A stretch of DNA of 64,000 nt from Candidatus Eiseniibacteriota bacterium (GCA_963703225.1 OY969801.1:2848001-2912000), one strand, 5' to 3'. Positions 9,901-18,603 are shown, counted from the stretch's first letter. Made by a program: numbers and translations. The notes: generated by a model not told the origin, from the sequence alone.

Positions 9901-10586
9901 CCGAGGTCTGAATCGGTCGCGCTCGCACTGATCGACACGAACTCACCCTCAATGCAGTTTGCGGCCACTGGAGCGGAGATCTGCGGCTGACTATTGAGGG
10001 ATTCCGACCCGATTAGCCCACTGACGTCGAACCAATCAGAGTCGAGCTTGTATGTATTGTCGAAGTCGCTTCCGAGGCATGACGTTCCGAAGCCGGTGCG
10101 TTCCGGGCTTCCGGCGAAGGATGGTACGATCTGAATGCTGGGATTTCCTTCCGAGGCAGTAATCACAAGACTGCAGAGGAGGTACGGGCCCCCGGGGGCA
10201 AGAGGTGTCGTGCCTCCGTATCCGTTCTTGTAGTATCCATTTCCCGTGTTCAGTTCGCCGAAGGCAGCTCCCAACCGGGATTGCTGGTTCACAAAATCCG
10301 AGTAGGTGACGGATCCACCGACCGCTTCGAGAATCAGGCAATAGGAGACGACGTTCAATGAGTCAGATCCGGAGGCGCACTGAGCAGGGCTTCCATCAGC
10401 GTTGCGGTTCGTCGTCAAGTAGACATCCACGACCGTCGGCTCCTCAATCGAATTGAGGGCGTCCGCGCTGGTGTTGACCCCGTCGCCGTTGGCGTCGAGG
10501 TACATGTACTGGGAACGCGAGACCGACGGAAAACCAAGAACGACGAAACAAACGAGAATGGCGTGTAGGAGCCACCGCCTTGCCAT
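6978..10586 (-). CDS. Secreted S8 (subtilisin-like) serine peptidase with Ig-like and FlgD-Ig domains
   Basis: Catalytic motifs VDTGID, GHGTHVAAIAAG, GTSQAAP; signal peptide; QNAPNPFNP...WDGRDDRG tail. Confidence 0.93.
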   Translation of the reverse strand: MARRWLLHAILVCFVVLGFPSVSRSQYMYLDANGDGVNTSADALNSIEEPTVVDVYLTTNRNADGSPAQCASGSDSLNVVSYCLILEAVGGSVTYSDFVNQQSRLGAAFGELNTGNGYYKNGYGGTTPLAPGGPYLLCSLVITASEGNPSIQIVPSFAGSPERTGFGTSCLGSDFDNTYKLDSDWFDVSGLIGSESLNSQPQISAPVAANCIEGEFVSISASATDSDLGQSISMSPTGFPPTLALSRENSDPRSVTVTLSGTPRSGEAGRWTIRWVATDTGLPSRSAFATTILTVAGAGTPPLVSAPASVQASASAPVVFDVTVAPTDSLSVTGLSAGPLPFGAFFVPDPTRMRGKFSWSPNLSERGVFRITFRARTSGAVGESTTVITVTGAPGARRARVSPELRGLVRGDPRSERFLSRDAQGNAFVEAFGVGDVTTTDLEARGISVGARSGRIMTVRCPLDRIESLFDTPGLEAVVAPTQCQPMLDSSLVSERVAGLRTFYPPFKGQVGDSVVVGFVDTGIDVNHYDFRNVDGTTRLLGFWDQTVTGTPPPGLYGVEWTPALINAGLSGASKDVSGHGTHVAAIAAGNGQGGTACKDKGLYVGVAPEANLCAVKTNFTTTGIYDGVSYILGKASQLNRPVVVNLSLGTHDGPHDGTSLFDHAINGYTGAGKIVVAAAGNDAVSAVHATAIPHFVGDTATLTFDVDPYTPIAGLNILEISGWFDYNDSIEVTVITPNNFTVGPVAYHYQDTGLTDDGAVGLCVTGTCSNQIFSPPGDFRISIYDNGSHHPADGTWTVRIKLLKLESTTGRADLYMALGTFAARWDQETNSEGVVTEPATADSVIAVGAYTTRDCWRRAATITECEAHSLALGQIADFSSHGPRRDNVLKPDLAAPGGDVVSAKSADASFFVDQPQYVVEGGGHAVLWGTSQAAPQVAGAVALLLAQPDSLWKTATPSRIKARLQGTCRGDTDTGTLPNYTWGYGKLDVRAALAPVYSLSILHPSRGSYIGPSPDSITVLVGGQRADSVVFDLAVDSCRNYSIRIGRLLGVDPGTPRSLSFFADTTLSTSQASLRARAWAGDSLIANVSEAFFYLQSPTAVEVEPGPPPVALELLQNAPNPFNPVTVLRFQVGQAGPVTLRIYAVGGRVIRTLVRGSLPSGRFRVMWDGRDDRGSVVASGLYLSELVSGRQRATRKMNLLR

Positions 10587-10752
10587 TTCTACCTCCCCGC
10601 GCGATGCACAGCTCGACCCAGGTCAACAACCCCTTGGGATCGCCATCCAACGCAGTTGTGCGGCCTGTCGGGATTGGAGCGGACCGATGCGGGGCAAAGG
10701 TGCGATCAGGCGGTGGTCATGCCCCAAGAACTCAGGGCAGGTCGTGGCCTAG

Positions 10753-12609
10753 CTACTTTAGTACTGCGAGCTGCTGGGTGCCGCGGAAGTCACCGCACTC
10801 AAGTAGGGCGTAGTAGATTCCCGTGGAGACTACCATGCCTCGGTCGTCACGTCGGTCCCAGGCAAGCACCCGGCTGCCGCGAGATCCCACCTCGTTCACG
10901 AGCGAACGGACGAGCCGCCCCCTTGGGTCAAAAATCCGAACCGTGATCGCCTGGCCAGCCGCCCTGCTCGGAAGGAAGTACTCCATCCTCAGATCCGAAC
11001 TGTTGGCCACGGCGCGCGCCGTCCGAAATGCAAACCGTTCCGTCTCTGCGGCTTCGACTCCTTCCGCGGCTGCGGGAGGCGGCGTCACGAACATGTGGAA
11101 CACATAGTCCGACCTGGGAAAGACGACCCGTGGAGCCGAACGGGGAGACAGGAATGAACCTCGAACATCTGTCACCATGATGATGTACCTGAGCGGATCG
11201 GCGCCCCCACGTCTCCAACGCCGCGGCACCGTGTACCGGATGCTGGGGTTCGGGCCTCCGTTCGAGTTGTCGTTAAAGGCCACGGCCCGTCCCGCCTCAT
11301 CCAGGAGAAGCATCACAAGGTCGAGGTTCGTCGTCTGACTCTCGTTCGACAAGGCCGCCCCAGCCTGGATGACGTCTCCTGCCCGGGCGTCAAACGTGAA
11401 GAAATCCTTGTCACCGGCGGGCCAGTAGGTCTCGAATCGGAGCTCGACCGGCGGGGTGATGAGGGTGGCCTCTTCGGCGGCGCCGTTTGGTTCATCCGCG
11501 TCGTCTGCGGAGGGCCGTGCCAGTCCGGGTATGAAGAGACTAGTGATCGTCACGCTGGAGGTTGAGGCTCGGCGCCCTCGCCGGTCAACGGCCTGCGTTG
11601 TCCAGATGTAGACGGCGTTCGGAATGGAGTGCGCGATGATTGACCGCACGCCAGGCCCCGCTGAGGCGAATGGTGCCCAAGGCCCGAACGGTCCGCGATA
11701 CAGCAGGTCCGTCCGACGCGACGACCCGAACGCCGCTCGTGCTCCTCGAGCCCGCTCTTCACCAGATGGCAGGAATGTAAACTCAGTCTTGTCTCCGAGA
11801 CGGCGATTGGCACCGAGGTTCGAGCTGGGGGGTACCGTCGAAGCGCCCTTGACCCCCGGCTTGCAGTACATGCTCACGATGATATTGCGGTCGATCGACA
11901 ACGTCGTGAACCCGTTGGGGGGGACATCATAGGAATTCGCGAACAGCCCGCGATCCAGATCGGTGTAGTCCATCCTCATGAAGGGGTAGTCGTTCGGAAA
12001 GGTCGCTGTCACACTGGACGGAAACTCCACGCACCAGTAAAACGTCTTGCCGGAATCCGCGACGGAAATGTTGACCGGGATCTCGTTTATCCCGTCAGCG
12101 CTGCCCACGTAAGACGTGATCTGAAATAACGGCGAATTGACATTCGGGAATCCCGGAAACGGCCCAGCCTCGCACAGTCGTACGCTGGGGAAGATCGCAG
12201 GAACCCCATTCATGGTCAGTGATGGAAAGGCGATCCTGGTGATCGTGTAGGGAGGGTCAAGAGGAGGGTCGAACCGCACGGCCTTAAAGCCCGTGTTTCG
12301 GAACGTTACCTGATCCTCGTACTCCCCATACTGGGCGATTTCGATCTCTTCCCGAGAGGCTGGCCGACAGTGTCTGGGCTGGGCGCCGCCCCTTCCCCCG
12401 GGCCGGGTGTCGACCTTATCAACACCCAGAGGGGTAATCTCTGCGGGGATGTACTCGGGGTGCCTGGGCTGGGGGGTGGGGTTCTCCCGCAAGGAGGCGT
12501 CGGCTTGCACTCCGATGCCGAGCACCAAGAACACAAAGAAAAGGATGATGGAATAGAGGGCTGACCTTGTCATGGTCGATCTCCACTTGCGGGCGGGCTT
12601 TTGCGGCAT
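10753..12609 (-). CDS. Secreted protein with PPC-like and FlgD-Ig domains
   Basis: Signal peptide, EPN...GDKDFFTF...FNDN PPC-like motif, IFDPRGRLVR...WDRRDDRG tail. Start may be 12573. Confidence 0.8.
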   Translation of the reverse strand: MPQKPARKWRSTMTRSALYSIILFFVFLVLGIGVQADASLRENPTPQPRHPEYIPAEITPLGVDKVDTRPGGRGGAQPRHCRPASREEIEIAQYGEYEDQVTFRNTGFKAVRFDPPLDPPYTITRIAFPSLTMNGVPAIFPSVRLCEAGPFPGFPNVNSPLFQITSYVGSADGINEIPVNISVADSGKTFYWCVEFPSSVTATFPNDYPFMRMDYTDLDRGLFANSYDVPPNGFTTLSIDRNIIVSMYCKPGVKGASTVPPSSNLGANRRLGDKTEFTFLPSGEERARGARAAFGSSRRTDLLYRGPFGPWAPFASAGPGVRSIIAHSIPNAVYIWTTQAVDRRGRRASTSSVTITSLFIPGLARPSADDADEPNGAAEEATLITPPVELRFETYWPAGDKDFFTFDARAGDVIQAGAALSNESQTTNLDLVMLLLDEAGRAVAFNDNSNGGPNPSIRYTVPRRWRRGGADPLRYIIMVTDVRGSFLSPRSAPRVVFPRSDYVFHMFVTPPPAAAEGVEAAETERFAFRTARAVANSSDLRMEYFLPSRAAGQAITVRIFDPRGRLVRSLVNEVGSRGSRVLAWDRRDDRGMVVSTGIYYALLECGDFRGTQQLAVLK

Positions 12610-12781
12610 TCAGCGGAACCAGCGAGCTCTCGAATATGCCCGGGCTCGGTCGCTGCAGAGGCTTCTTCGGAGCGCTAGACGCCGCGGACTGGGGGTGGGT
12701 ACGACGCAGGGAAATCGCCCGTGCCACCTAACACGCACAAACGGCTTGGGACGTCCGATTGCGCGCCCACCAACAGCATAT

Positions 12782-12810
12782 ATGATACCACCATTCACAT
12801 TCTAGTGCAA
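12782..12810 (-). promoter_or_regulatory. Sigma70-type promoter
   Basis: Minus strand TTGCAC-17 bp-TATCAT upstream of CDS 10753-12609. Confidence 0.55.
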
Positions 12811-12814
12811 GGGA

Positions 12815-13145
12815 CTAGCCGGAGGATGTACTTCGTGTAGGCGAAGCCGTAACCCTCCGAATGATAAGCCCATTCAGCATCGTCCCATCGGGAAGGTAGA
12901 CGTACCGAAGGAGTCGCCCATACTTGTCCCGATTCGTGCACTCGGGATCGTCTTCGAGGCGGACTGACTTGCCGTTAGCCATTCGTTTTGTGAACGCGGA
13001 GGCCTCCTTGCCGAAATACTCCACGGGTCGATTCGGGTGGACCGTCTCTGGGGTGTCGACTCCGATCAGCCGCACTGTCTCCGTGCTCCCACCAATCTTG
13101 ACCTTGATCGTGTCGCCATCGACGATCTTTACGACCTTCCCGCGC
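12815..13145 (-). pseudogene. Thermonuclease (SNase) family, truncated and frameshifted
   Basis: VDGDTI, VRLIGVDTPE and DKYGRLLRYVY motifs; frame breaks before GYGFAY; no native 5' end. Confidence 0.85.
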
Positions 13146-13560
13146 TCGTCGGCGAACGCGAGCGCGGGGAGCACGCTTTCGCTCGTATGTTGTCGACCGC
13201 CACACATCAAATACAGGAGTGACGACCACCACTTCAAACTTGCCCGTGTCCACAGTCTCGCTGACGTAGTACGGATCTGTATCCAACTTGGGTGTCCCAG
13301 CCACGATCTTCAGCGAGTCAATGGGAAAGGGCATTCGTGACGCGACGGGCAACAGCGAGTCACTCGGTGGAGACTCCTCACGAACCCTTAATCGGGCTTC
13401 GGCGACTACGGCCCCGGCTTCTGTTATCAGCACACTCCCTGAAATCCCGGGACCGCCTTGCGCGGTGAAGTCACCAAAGGTGTTAATCGCTATGACCGCG
13501 CCGTCCATGTTGAGCAGGGGACCGCCCGAATTGCCGTGATTAATGTTCACGTCAGAAATA
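13146..13560 (-). pseudogene. Fragment of a trypsin-like (S1C) serine protease
   Basis: INHGNSGGPLLNMDGAVIAINT motif; the His/Asp half is absent; abuts the nuclease fragment. Confidence 0.75.
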
Positions 13561-13667
13561 ATGGCGGTCGCTTCTTCAGACCCTCACGGCAACGGACCTT
13601 GACGGCGATCCTCTTTCATTCGCAATGGTGTCGGGGCCCTCGTACATGACGAATGCTCCCAGATTCG

Positions 13668-13760
13668 CTAGACACCCGAGGAGCTAGTTTGAAGCTCCGT
13701 CCGGTACTCGGCCGGGCTCCGCATGCCGAGCGCCGAGGGCGGCGCGCCCGAGTATTGTAG
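13668..13760 (-). pseudogene. C-terminal remnant of an IS3-like transposase
   Basis: YSGAPPSALGMRSPAEY resembles the YNxxRPHSALGxxSPxEY end motif. Confidence 0.55.
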
Positions 13761-13804
13761 TCCTCGATCCAGTCCCCGAGCTGCAGCAGCACCGATTCGG
13801 CGTA

Positions 13805-14293
13805 TCACGGCTCCTTTGCCCGCCATTCCTTCCCATCGAATTGGAGAAAACGACCGTGATGCAGTACCACGTCGCCAGGTCGGCGACTCTCCAGCCACTC
13901 AGCGTGATGTTGACGAAGACGACCGTGGAGTGGGCTAGACTCGCCAACGGTGACCCAGTTGAATTGGTTCGAGGCTAGCTCGAGCATGCTTGCCGGCGCC
14001 GCGGGCGATTCGTTGGGTCGCACGTTGCTTCGAGACAATCGCTGAAACACGTCTCGAAACCAGGAGAAGGGTCCCGGCCTGGGCTTCATGAACATGACGA
14101 TATACCAAGCGTGATCCTGCTCATCAACAGTCACTCCATCGTGTTCGTGTTCATCGAGTCGCCTCCTGACTTCCGACGTTGTCAAATTCCCGCGAATGTC
14201 CTTTGCGATTTCAGCTTCGTCCGGCAGATCCGCTAGGAGCCGGCCGAAGTCCGCCTTCGTCAACTGGAAGAGGCTTGTTCTCCCGTTCGGCAT
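13805..14293 (-). CDS. Hypothetical protein
   Basis: 162-aa ORF with ATG and a GGAG-like RBS; no recognised motif. Confidence 0.5.
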   Translation of the reverse strand: MPNGRTSLFQLTKADFGRLLADLPDEAEIAKDIRGNLTTSEVRRRLDEHEHDGVTVDEQDHAWYIVMFMKPRPGPFSWFRDVFQRLSRSNVRPNESPAAPASMLELASNQFNWVTVGESSPLHGRLRQHHAEWLESRRPGDVVLHHGRFLQFDGKEWRAKEP

Positions 14294-14390
14294 CGCTCGC
14301 TCCGCTTTCTACGCGCCAGCGCTCTAGTGGCCGTTGGTGTCTAGGAAACGTAGCACTCTCCGGATGCCCATGGGGCCGCAGATTCAGAGT

Positions 14391-14770
14391 GCGTCTTTCC
14401 TCCATAGGACGACTGCTGGACAGTTGCGCGCGCAATGGAGGACAAGCTCGCGCACTTCTGGCGCCAAGCGGCATTTCAGCGGCATGTTTTGGGCCCAAAT
14501 TCGCGCTTCGAATGCACCGGCGCGAGCGAAGCACTGCCCGTAGCCGCCAGCTGTTTGCGCATTTGCGCCGAATTGTGACGAACTCCCCATGCGGCATACC
14601 CCTCTCCGAGGGCGCAAAACATGCCGCATGAATGCACCGAGGCGGCCCCAAACCCTCGCATTTCTGCACCGAGAGGGCCGAAACCGCGCCCATTTCCGCA
14701 CCCACGCGGCCCAAGGGCCTACCATTTCTGCACCGGCGGGAAGTTGGCCGAAGGGCGCGAGATCTACGCC
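14391..14770. repeat. ~380-bp conserved non-coding element with iteron-like boxes, copy 1
   Basis: Colinear direct repeat of 45771-46150; ATnnnyGCACC boxes at 14628, 14660, 14692, 14724; inverted repeat 14479-14496 / 14610-14627. Confidence 0.9.
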
Positions 14771-14907
14771 CTTGGGCGCCCTGTCGCGCCCACGGCGCGC
14801 CGTGTGAATCGCTCGCGTGTGCGCGTGTAAGGCGGAGAATCCGGTCCCAATTCCGCCATCTCCACCATTCCCCTTGATGTCCACCACACGCGAGCGAACA
14901 TGGAGTC

Positions 14908-15510
14908 ATGTTCATCCGAGTTCCTGATCCCCCGAAGACGCTCTCGGCCGAGGAGCAGGCACGCCTTCTCGAGGTGGTCGCCCGTCATGGATCCCGCCGG
15001 GATCTGGCCCTCCTGACCCTGGCCCTCGGCACGGGCCTTCGCCTACGTGAGCTCGTGGGCCTCAACGTGGGCGACGTGACGACGAGGGCGGGCGAGGTTG
15101 CTTGGAAGGTCGACCTGCCGAAGAAGATCACCAAGGGGCGTCGTGGGGGCGTGGCGTTTCTGTCGGAGAAGGTGAGGTCGGCGCTGGCGGACTATCTCGC
15201 GTCGAAGCGGGCGATCGGGCTGTCGATGTCCCAGAAGACGCCGCTCTTCCAGTCGAGCCAGACCGACCGGCTCTCGCTCCGTCGCGTGCAGACAATCTTC
15301 GTCCACTGGCAGCGCGAGGCGGGCTTCGAGACGATCTACAACTTCCACACCCTGCGGCACTCCGCGATCACGAACGTCTACCGAGCCACGAAGGACCTCT
15401 TCCTCACCCAGCGCTTCGCCCGGCACGCCAATCCCATCACGACCGTCGCGTACACCCACCCGAGCGACGAGGAGCTGTATGAGGCGATGCGGCTTGATTT
15501 AGGTGACTAA
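14908..15510 (+). CDS. Tyrosine recombinase/integrase, catalytic domain only (200 aa)
   Basis: TGLRLREL (R), ITKG (K), FHTLRH (HxxR), ARHAN (H), TVAYTH (Y); GGAG RBS. Confidence 0.93.
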   Translation: MFIRVPDPPKTLSAEEQARLLEVVARHGSRRDLALLTLALGTGLRLRELVGLNVGDVTTRAGEVAWKVDLPKKITKGRRGGVAFLSEKVRSALADYLASKRAIGLSMSQKTPLFQSSQTDRLSLRRVQTIFVHWQREAGFETIYNFHTLRHSAITNVYRATKDLFLTQRFARHANPITTVAYTHPSDEELYEAMRLDLGD

Positions 15511-16008
15511 CCTGCTCAAGCTTGCCACAAATGCCCCCGGCTCAGCCGCCGGCCCGTCCCCGTAGTTCACGTGTAACTGGGCCCTTCCCTTTGCCCAGGT
15601 CCATTCCCCTATGACAGTTCTGTCTTCGTCCTCCAAACCTAGAGATAGCTCCAACGTGAAATACCGAATCCTCCACCGGGCTCTCCCGAAGGGCCATCGT
15701 CGTTTCTCTTGCCTAAAGACAACGGCTACCAGATGCGCGTCGGCCAGCTCGACCGGGGCTGGAATCTCAATCAGTACGGCCGAATAGTTCTCGACCGCAT
15801 CCACAGGTAGCACTCTCAGGCCTGCCGAAGAACACCTCTCGGGCTCTTCCAGCTGCCCCCCACAGCGTTCCCACATGCCCTCGACGTATGCCTGCGCGTT
15901 TGGCCCTGCCAGGATAAGGTGAAGATCGGGAAGCTGGAATACGCAGTCTCGGAGGTAATGATGCGCGAAGGCCCGGTTGTGCGTGATTGAGGCTTCGATC
16001 GATTCCAT
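15499..16008 (-). CDS. Hypothetical protein (cargo 1)
   Basis: ORF convergent with, and overlapping, the integrase stop; contains RYFTLE...IGEW...HVNYG. Confidence 0.7.
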   Translation of the reverse strand: MESIEASITHNRAFAHHYLRDCVFQLPDLHLILAGPNAQAYVEGMWERCGGQLEEPERCSSAGLRVLPVDAVENYSAVLIEIPAPVELADAHLVAVVFRQEKRRWPFGRARWRIRYFTLELSLGLEDEDRTVIGEWTWAKGRAQLHVNYGDGPAAEPGAFVASLSRLVT

Positions 16009-16081
16009 GCGGCCCGGGCGTTTCCGGTGAGCTGTCTGCGATTGGGAAGGCGCATCAATCGTACACAGGAATCGTCCCTTC

Positions 16082-16228
16082 CGCCACACGGCCATCACAA
16101 ACGTCTACCGGGCCGCGAAGGACCTCTTCCTCACACAGCGGTTTGCCCGCCACGCGAACCCTATCACGACCGTCGCGTACACGCACCCTAGTGACGATGA
16201 GCTGTACTCGGCGATCATCGGAATCTAA
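16082..16228 (+). pseudogene. Orphan tyrosine recombinase C-terminus, copy 2
   Basis: Translates RHTAITNVYRAAKDLFLTQRFARHANPITTVAYTHPSDDELYSAIIGI*; homologous to 15355-15510 with mostly third-position changes. Confidence 0.93.
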
Positions 16229-16245
16229 CTCCACCGTAGCCATCG

Positions 16246-17916
16246 CTACTTCACTTCCAGCTCCAGCGCATTGCTCAGAAGCTTGCATGGCGTGCTTTGC
16301 TGCAACAAGCGCAGGGCATTAGGATCGTGGGCGCCTAGCGGCGAGCCTCCCCAGGCCAGGTGCGGTCGGTTCTCGTACGATAGCCGAAACTGATAGCGGT
16401 GCGACTTCCCATAGCGGTAGTACTCGGGAACTGCAGTGGTAAACTTTCTTTGCGCTCCGGGGGGGAGCCTGAATACCTCGCCCGCGCGGAGCGGGTTGAT
16501 GTTCCCGCACAGAGCGAGTGGCGTTCGCTTGAGGGGCGGCCCACCGGCCTCACGAACCTCCCAATCCATAAGCGGCGTTCTCCATCCCCAATAGCTCCCG
16601 TCGCCCGGTAGAACGAGTGTTACGGTGTCGCGGTCCGTGTTATGGAGCGTCACCTCGATCCAATCCGGCGGCCAACGTTTCTTGGTACGGTGAACCGTCT
16701 TGCCGGCAACGGACCGGATGGAGAGTTTGATCGTGGAATCGGCCCGGGTCACGGTGGTCTGAGGCGCGATGAGTATCTCGAGAGTGGTGTCCGTCGTAGC
16801 GGTGACTCCATGCACCTTGACTACCGTTTCACGGTTCTCTGGATCGTGGGTCGCCAAGTCGTAACGTCGATCCGCCTCGAGGATGAACCTGAAGTCTCCC
16901 TGAGGGCCCGTGAGAATCGCCGCCCCTTGGTCGTCACCCTCGATCATCTTGACCAAGACAGTGATTCCCGGCACCGGCTCATTTGTGCCGATTCGCCGGA
17001 TCGTTCCAGCCCACTCGATCCCGGAGAGGTTACAGTCGACCGAGGTGGGTTCGGTGATTGTCATTGGGCCCACGACGCGAGGCATGATGAAGAACGGATG
17101 GGGAGGACGGAACCAGAGCCTGTACGAGCCTGGGGGGACGAAGAGCTGATAATTGCCATCTGTCGTCGTTCGCTTCTGTACAGTGTAGTTGTAGTTTGCT
17201 CCCCGGGCCATTACCGCGACGTCCCTCATTGGGAGGCCGTCGGGCCCCAGAACTCGCCCCGAAATCTGAATCCCATCCAATTGGAAATCGATGGTTGTAT
17301 CGGCGGTGACCGATACGGATTCCTTTCTTCCAGGAGAAAACCCGGACCAGTAGTTGGCGGCCACTGCGTAAAATGAATACCTGCCGGCGGGCAGAAGCAG
17401 CGAATAGCTTCCCCGTTTGAGCAAGGATGTCGCCCTGCTGTACCTGGGAGCAATGAGAGATGCGGTTATCCGCGCGCTGTCGACCAACGCGCCATTCGGC
17501 GCCACGACTCTGCCCGTGATGTGGTATCCGCTGAAAGTGAAGTCGACCCGGGTACGGATATCTGAAACCGTCGCCCGCTCGCTATGCGCCAGGAGCCCAT
17601 TCTCGATCGTAGGCTCGATTTCCACCTCATAAGTGCCTGAGATCAGCCGAACTGAGTAGGTGCCCGACGAGTCAGCGATCGCGTACGCATGGTCATTGAG
17701 CCCAGGCTCGCGAGACGTGAAGAAGAGAGTAGTGCCGGGCAATGGCTTGCTCGGAGAGACGGTGACTCGGCCCACAACGGTGATTTTCGATCGGAGCGCG
17801 GTCGGCACCCTTGTGCATGAGAGCGCGACAAGAGTCCCGGTCATGAGCAATATCATGCGCCTGACCGCACGGCCCTTCCAGAATTGAGGCGGATACCGAT
17901 CGCCTTGCGGGTTCAT
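16246..17916 (-). CDS. Putative lipoprotein with repeated carboxypeptidase-regulatory-like (transthyretin-like) domains (cargo 2)
   Basis: Lipobox-like LVALSC; repeated I(S/T)GRV..P.G...G.Y.L.L..G.Y units. Confidence 0.75.
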   Translation of the reverse strand: MNPQGDRYPPQFWKGRAVRRMILLMTGTLVALSCTRVPTALRSKITVVGRVTVSPSKPLPGTTLFFTSREPGLNDHAYAIADSSGTYSVRLISGTYEVEIEPTIENGLLAHSERATVSDIRTRVDFTFSGYHITGRVVAPNGALVDSARITASLIAPRYSRATSLLKRGSYSLLLPAGRYSFYAVAANYWSGFSPGRKESVSVTADTTIDFQLDGIQISGRVLGPDGLPMRDVAVMARGANYNYTVQKRTTTDGNYQLFVPPGSYRLWFRPPHPFFIMPRVVGPMTITEPTSVDCNLSGIEWAGTIRRIGTNEPVPGITVLVKMIEGDDQGAAILTGPQGDFRFILEADRRYDLATHDPENRETVVKVHGVTATTDTTLEILIAPQTTVTRADSTIKLSIRSVAGKTVHRTKKRWPPDWIEVTLHNTDRDTVTLVLPGDGSYWGWRTPLMDWEVREAGGPPLKRTPLALCGNINPLRAGEVFRLPPGAQRKFTTAVPEYYRYGKSHRYQFRLSYENRPHLAWGGSPLGAHDPNALRLLQQSTPCKLLSNALELEVK

Positions 17917-18010
17917 GCGGGATCCTTGCGCTGCTTGGGGAGCGGCGAGGCCTTTGGAGGGGGCAGATGTAAGGCTATCACTTCCCGGGCGATCCGTCGA
18001 CCAGCACTCC

Positions 18011-18094
18011 GCCCGGCATGCCAATCCGATCACGACGGCTGCTTACACTCACCCGAGCGACGAGGAGCTTTACTCGGCGATCTCGCCCCTCTGA
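18011..18094 (+). pseudogene. Orphan tyrosine recombinase C-terminus, copy 3
   Basis: Translates ARHANPITTAAYTHPSDEELYSAISPL*. Confidence 0.9.
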
Positions 18095-18603
18095 GGCGCC
18101 ATCTGGCCCAGAGCACGCAGGGTCGCCTCGATCGGTGACCCGTACTCCCATCGTCCCTGACCCAACTGGCCGTAAATCGAGCCCGCGAGTCGAAGGCTCG
18201 TCGCGCGCAGGTCTCCGAGACGCCTCGGATCCGTGAGGTCGAAATGGGCCTCGTCGGTCATCACGTTCATCGACCCAAGGACAACGCGGCTCCCCGTCCT
18301 CCCGATCGCTACCGGCTCCATCGCGGCGATCTCGGCCGCCGCAGCCTCCGCGTTCACCCCAACACGTTCCAGCATCCACGTGATCTCGGGCAACAGCCGC
18401 GTCGCCAGGGTCCGGTACTCGCGGGCGGGAAGGATCACGGGAAGCAGAGTCCGTTCGCTCACACAGAGTACGAAGCGCGTTCGCCCGATGTTCAAGGCGT
18501 TCGCGTACCAGTCCCCGAGACGATTGGTGGGGCGGGCATCGTCCGATGATGGTGCGACTCGAAGCTGGCGCAGCAGCTTCCGAGTGCAACGTAGTGTGGC
18601 CAC
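18070..18603 (-). CDS. DUF6933-like protein (cargo 3)
   Basis: LRCTRKLL...LGDWYAN...VSERTLLPVILPA pattern. Confidence 0.7.
   Translation of the reverse strand: MATLRCTRKLLRQLRVAPSSDDARPTNRLGDWYANALNIGRTRFVLCVSERTLLPVILPAREYRTLATRLLPEITWMLERVGVNAEAAAAEIAAMEPVAIGRTGSRVVLGSMNVMTDEAHFDLTDPRRLGDLRATSLRLAGSIYGQLGQGRWEYGSPIEATLRALGQMAPQRGEIAE

Noticed and set aside
14179..14915. Overlapping ORFs across the 380-bp element (and 45606-46399)
   Set aside because: No recognisable protein, and ORF starts and ends differ between the two copies; the conservation pattern fits DNA or RNA sites.
14908..15510. Classical integron integrase (IntI) with attC cassettes
   Set aside because: Too short, lacks the IntI-specific insertion, and no attC RYYYAAC...GTTRRRY sites were recognised between the cargo genes.
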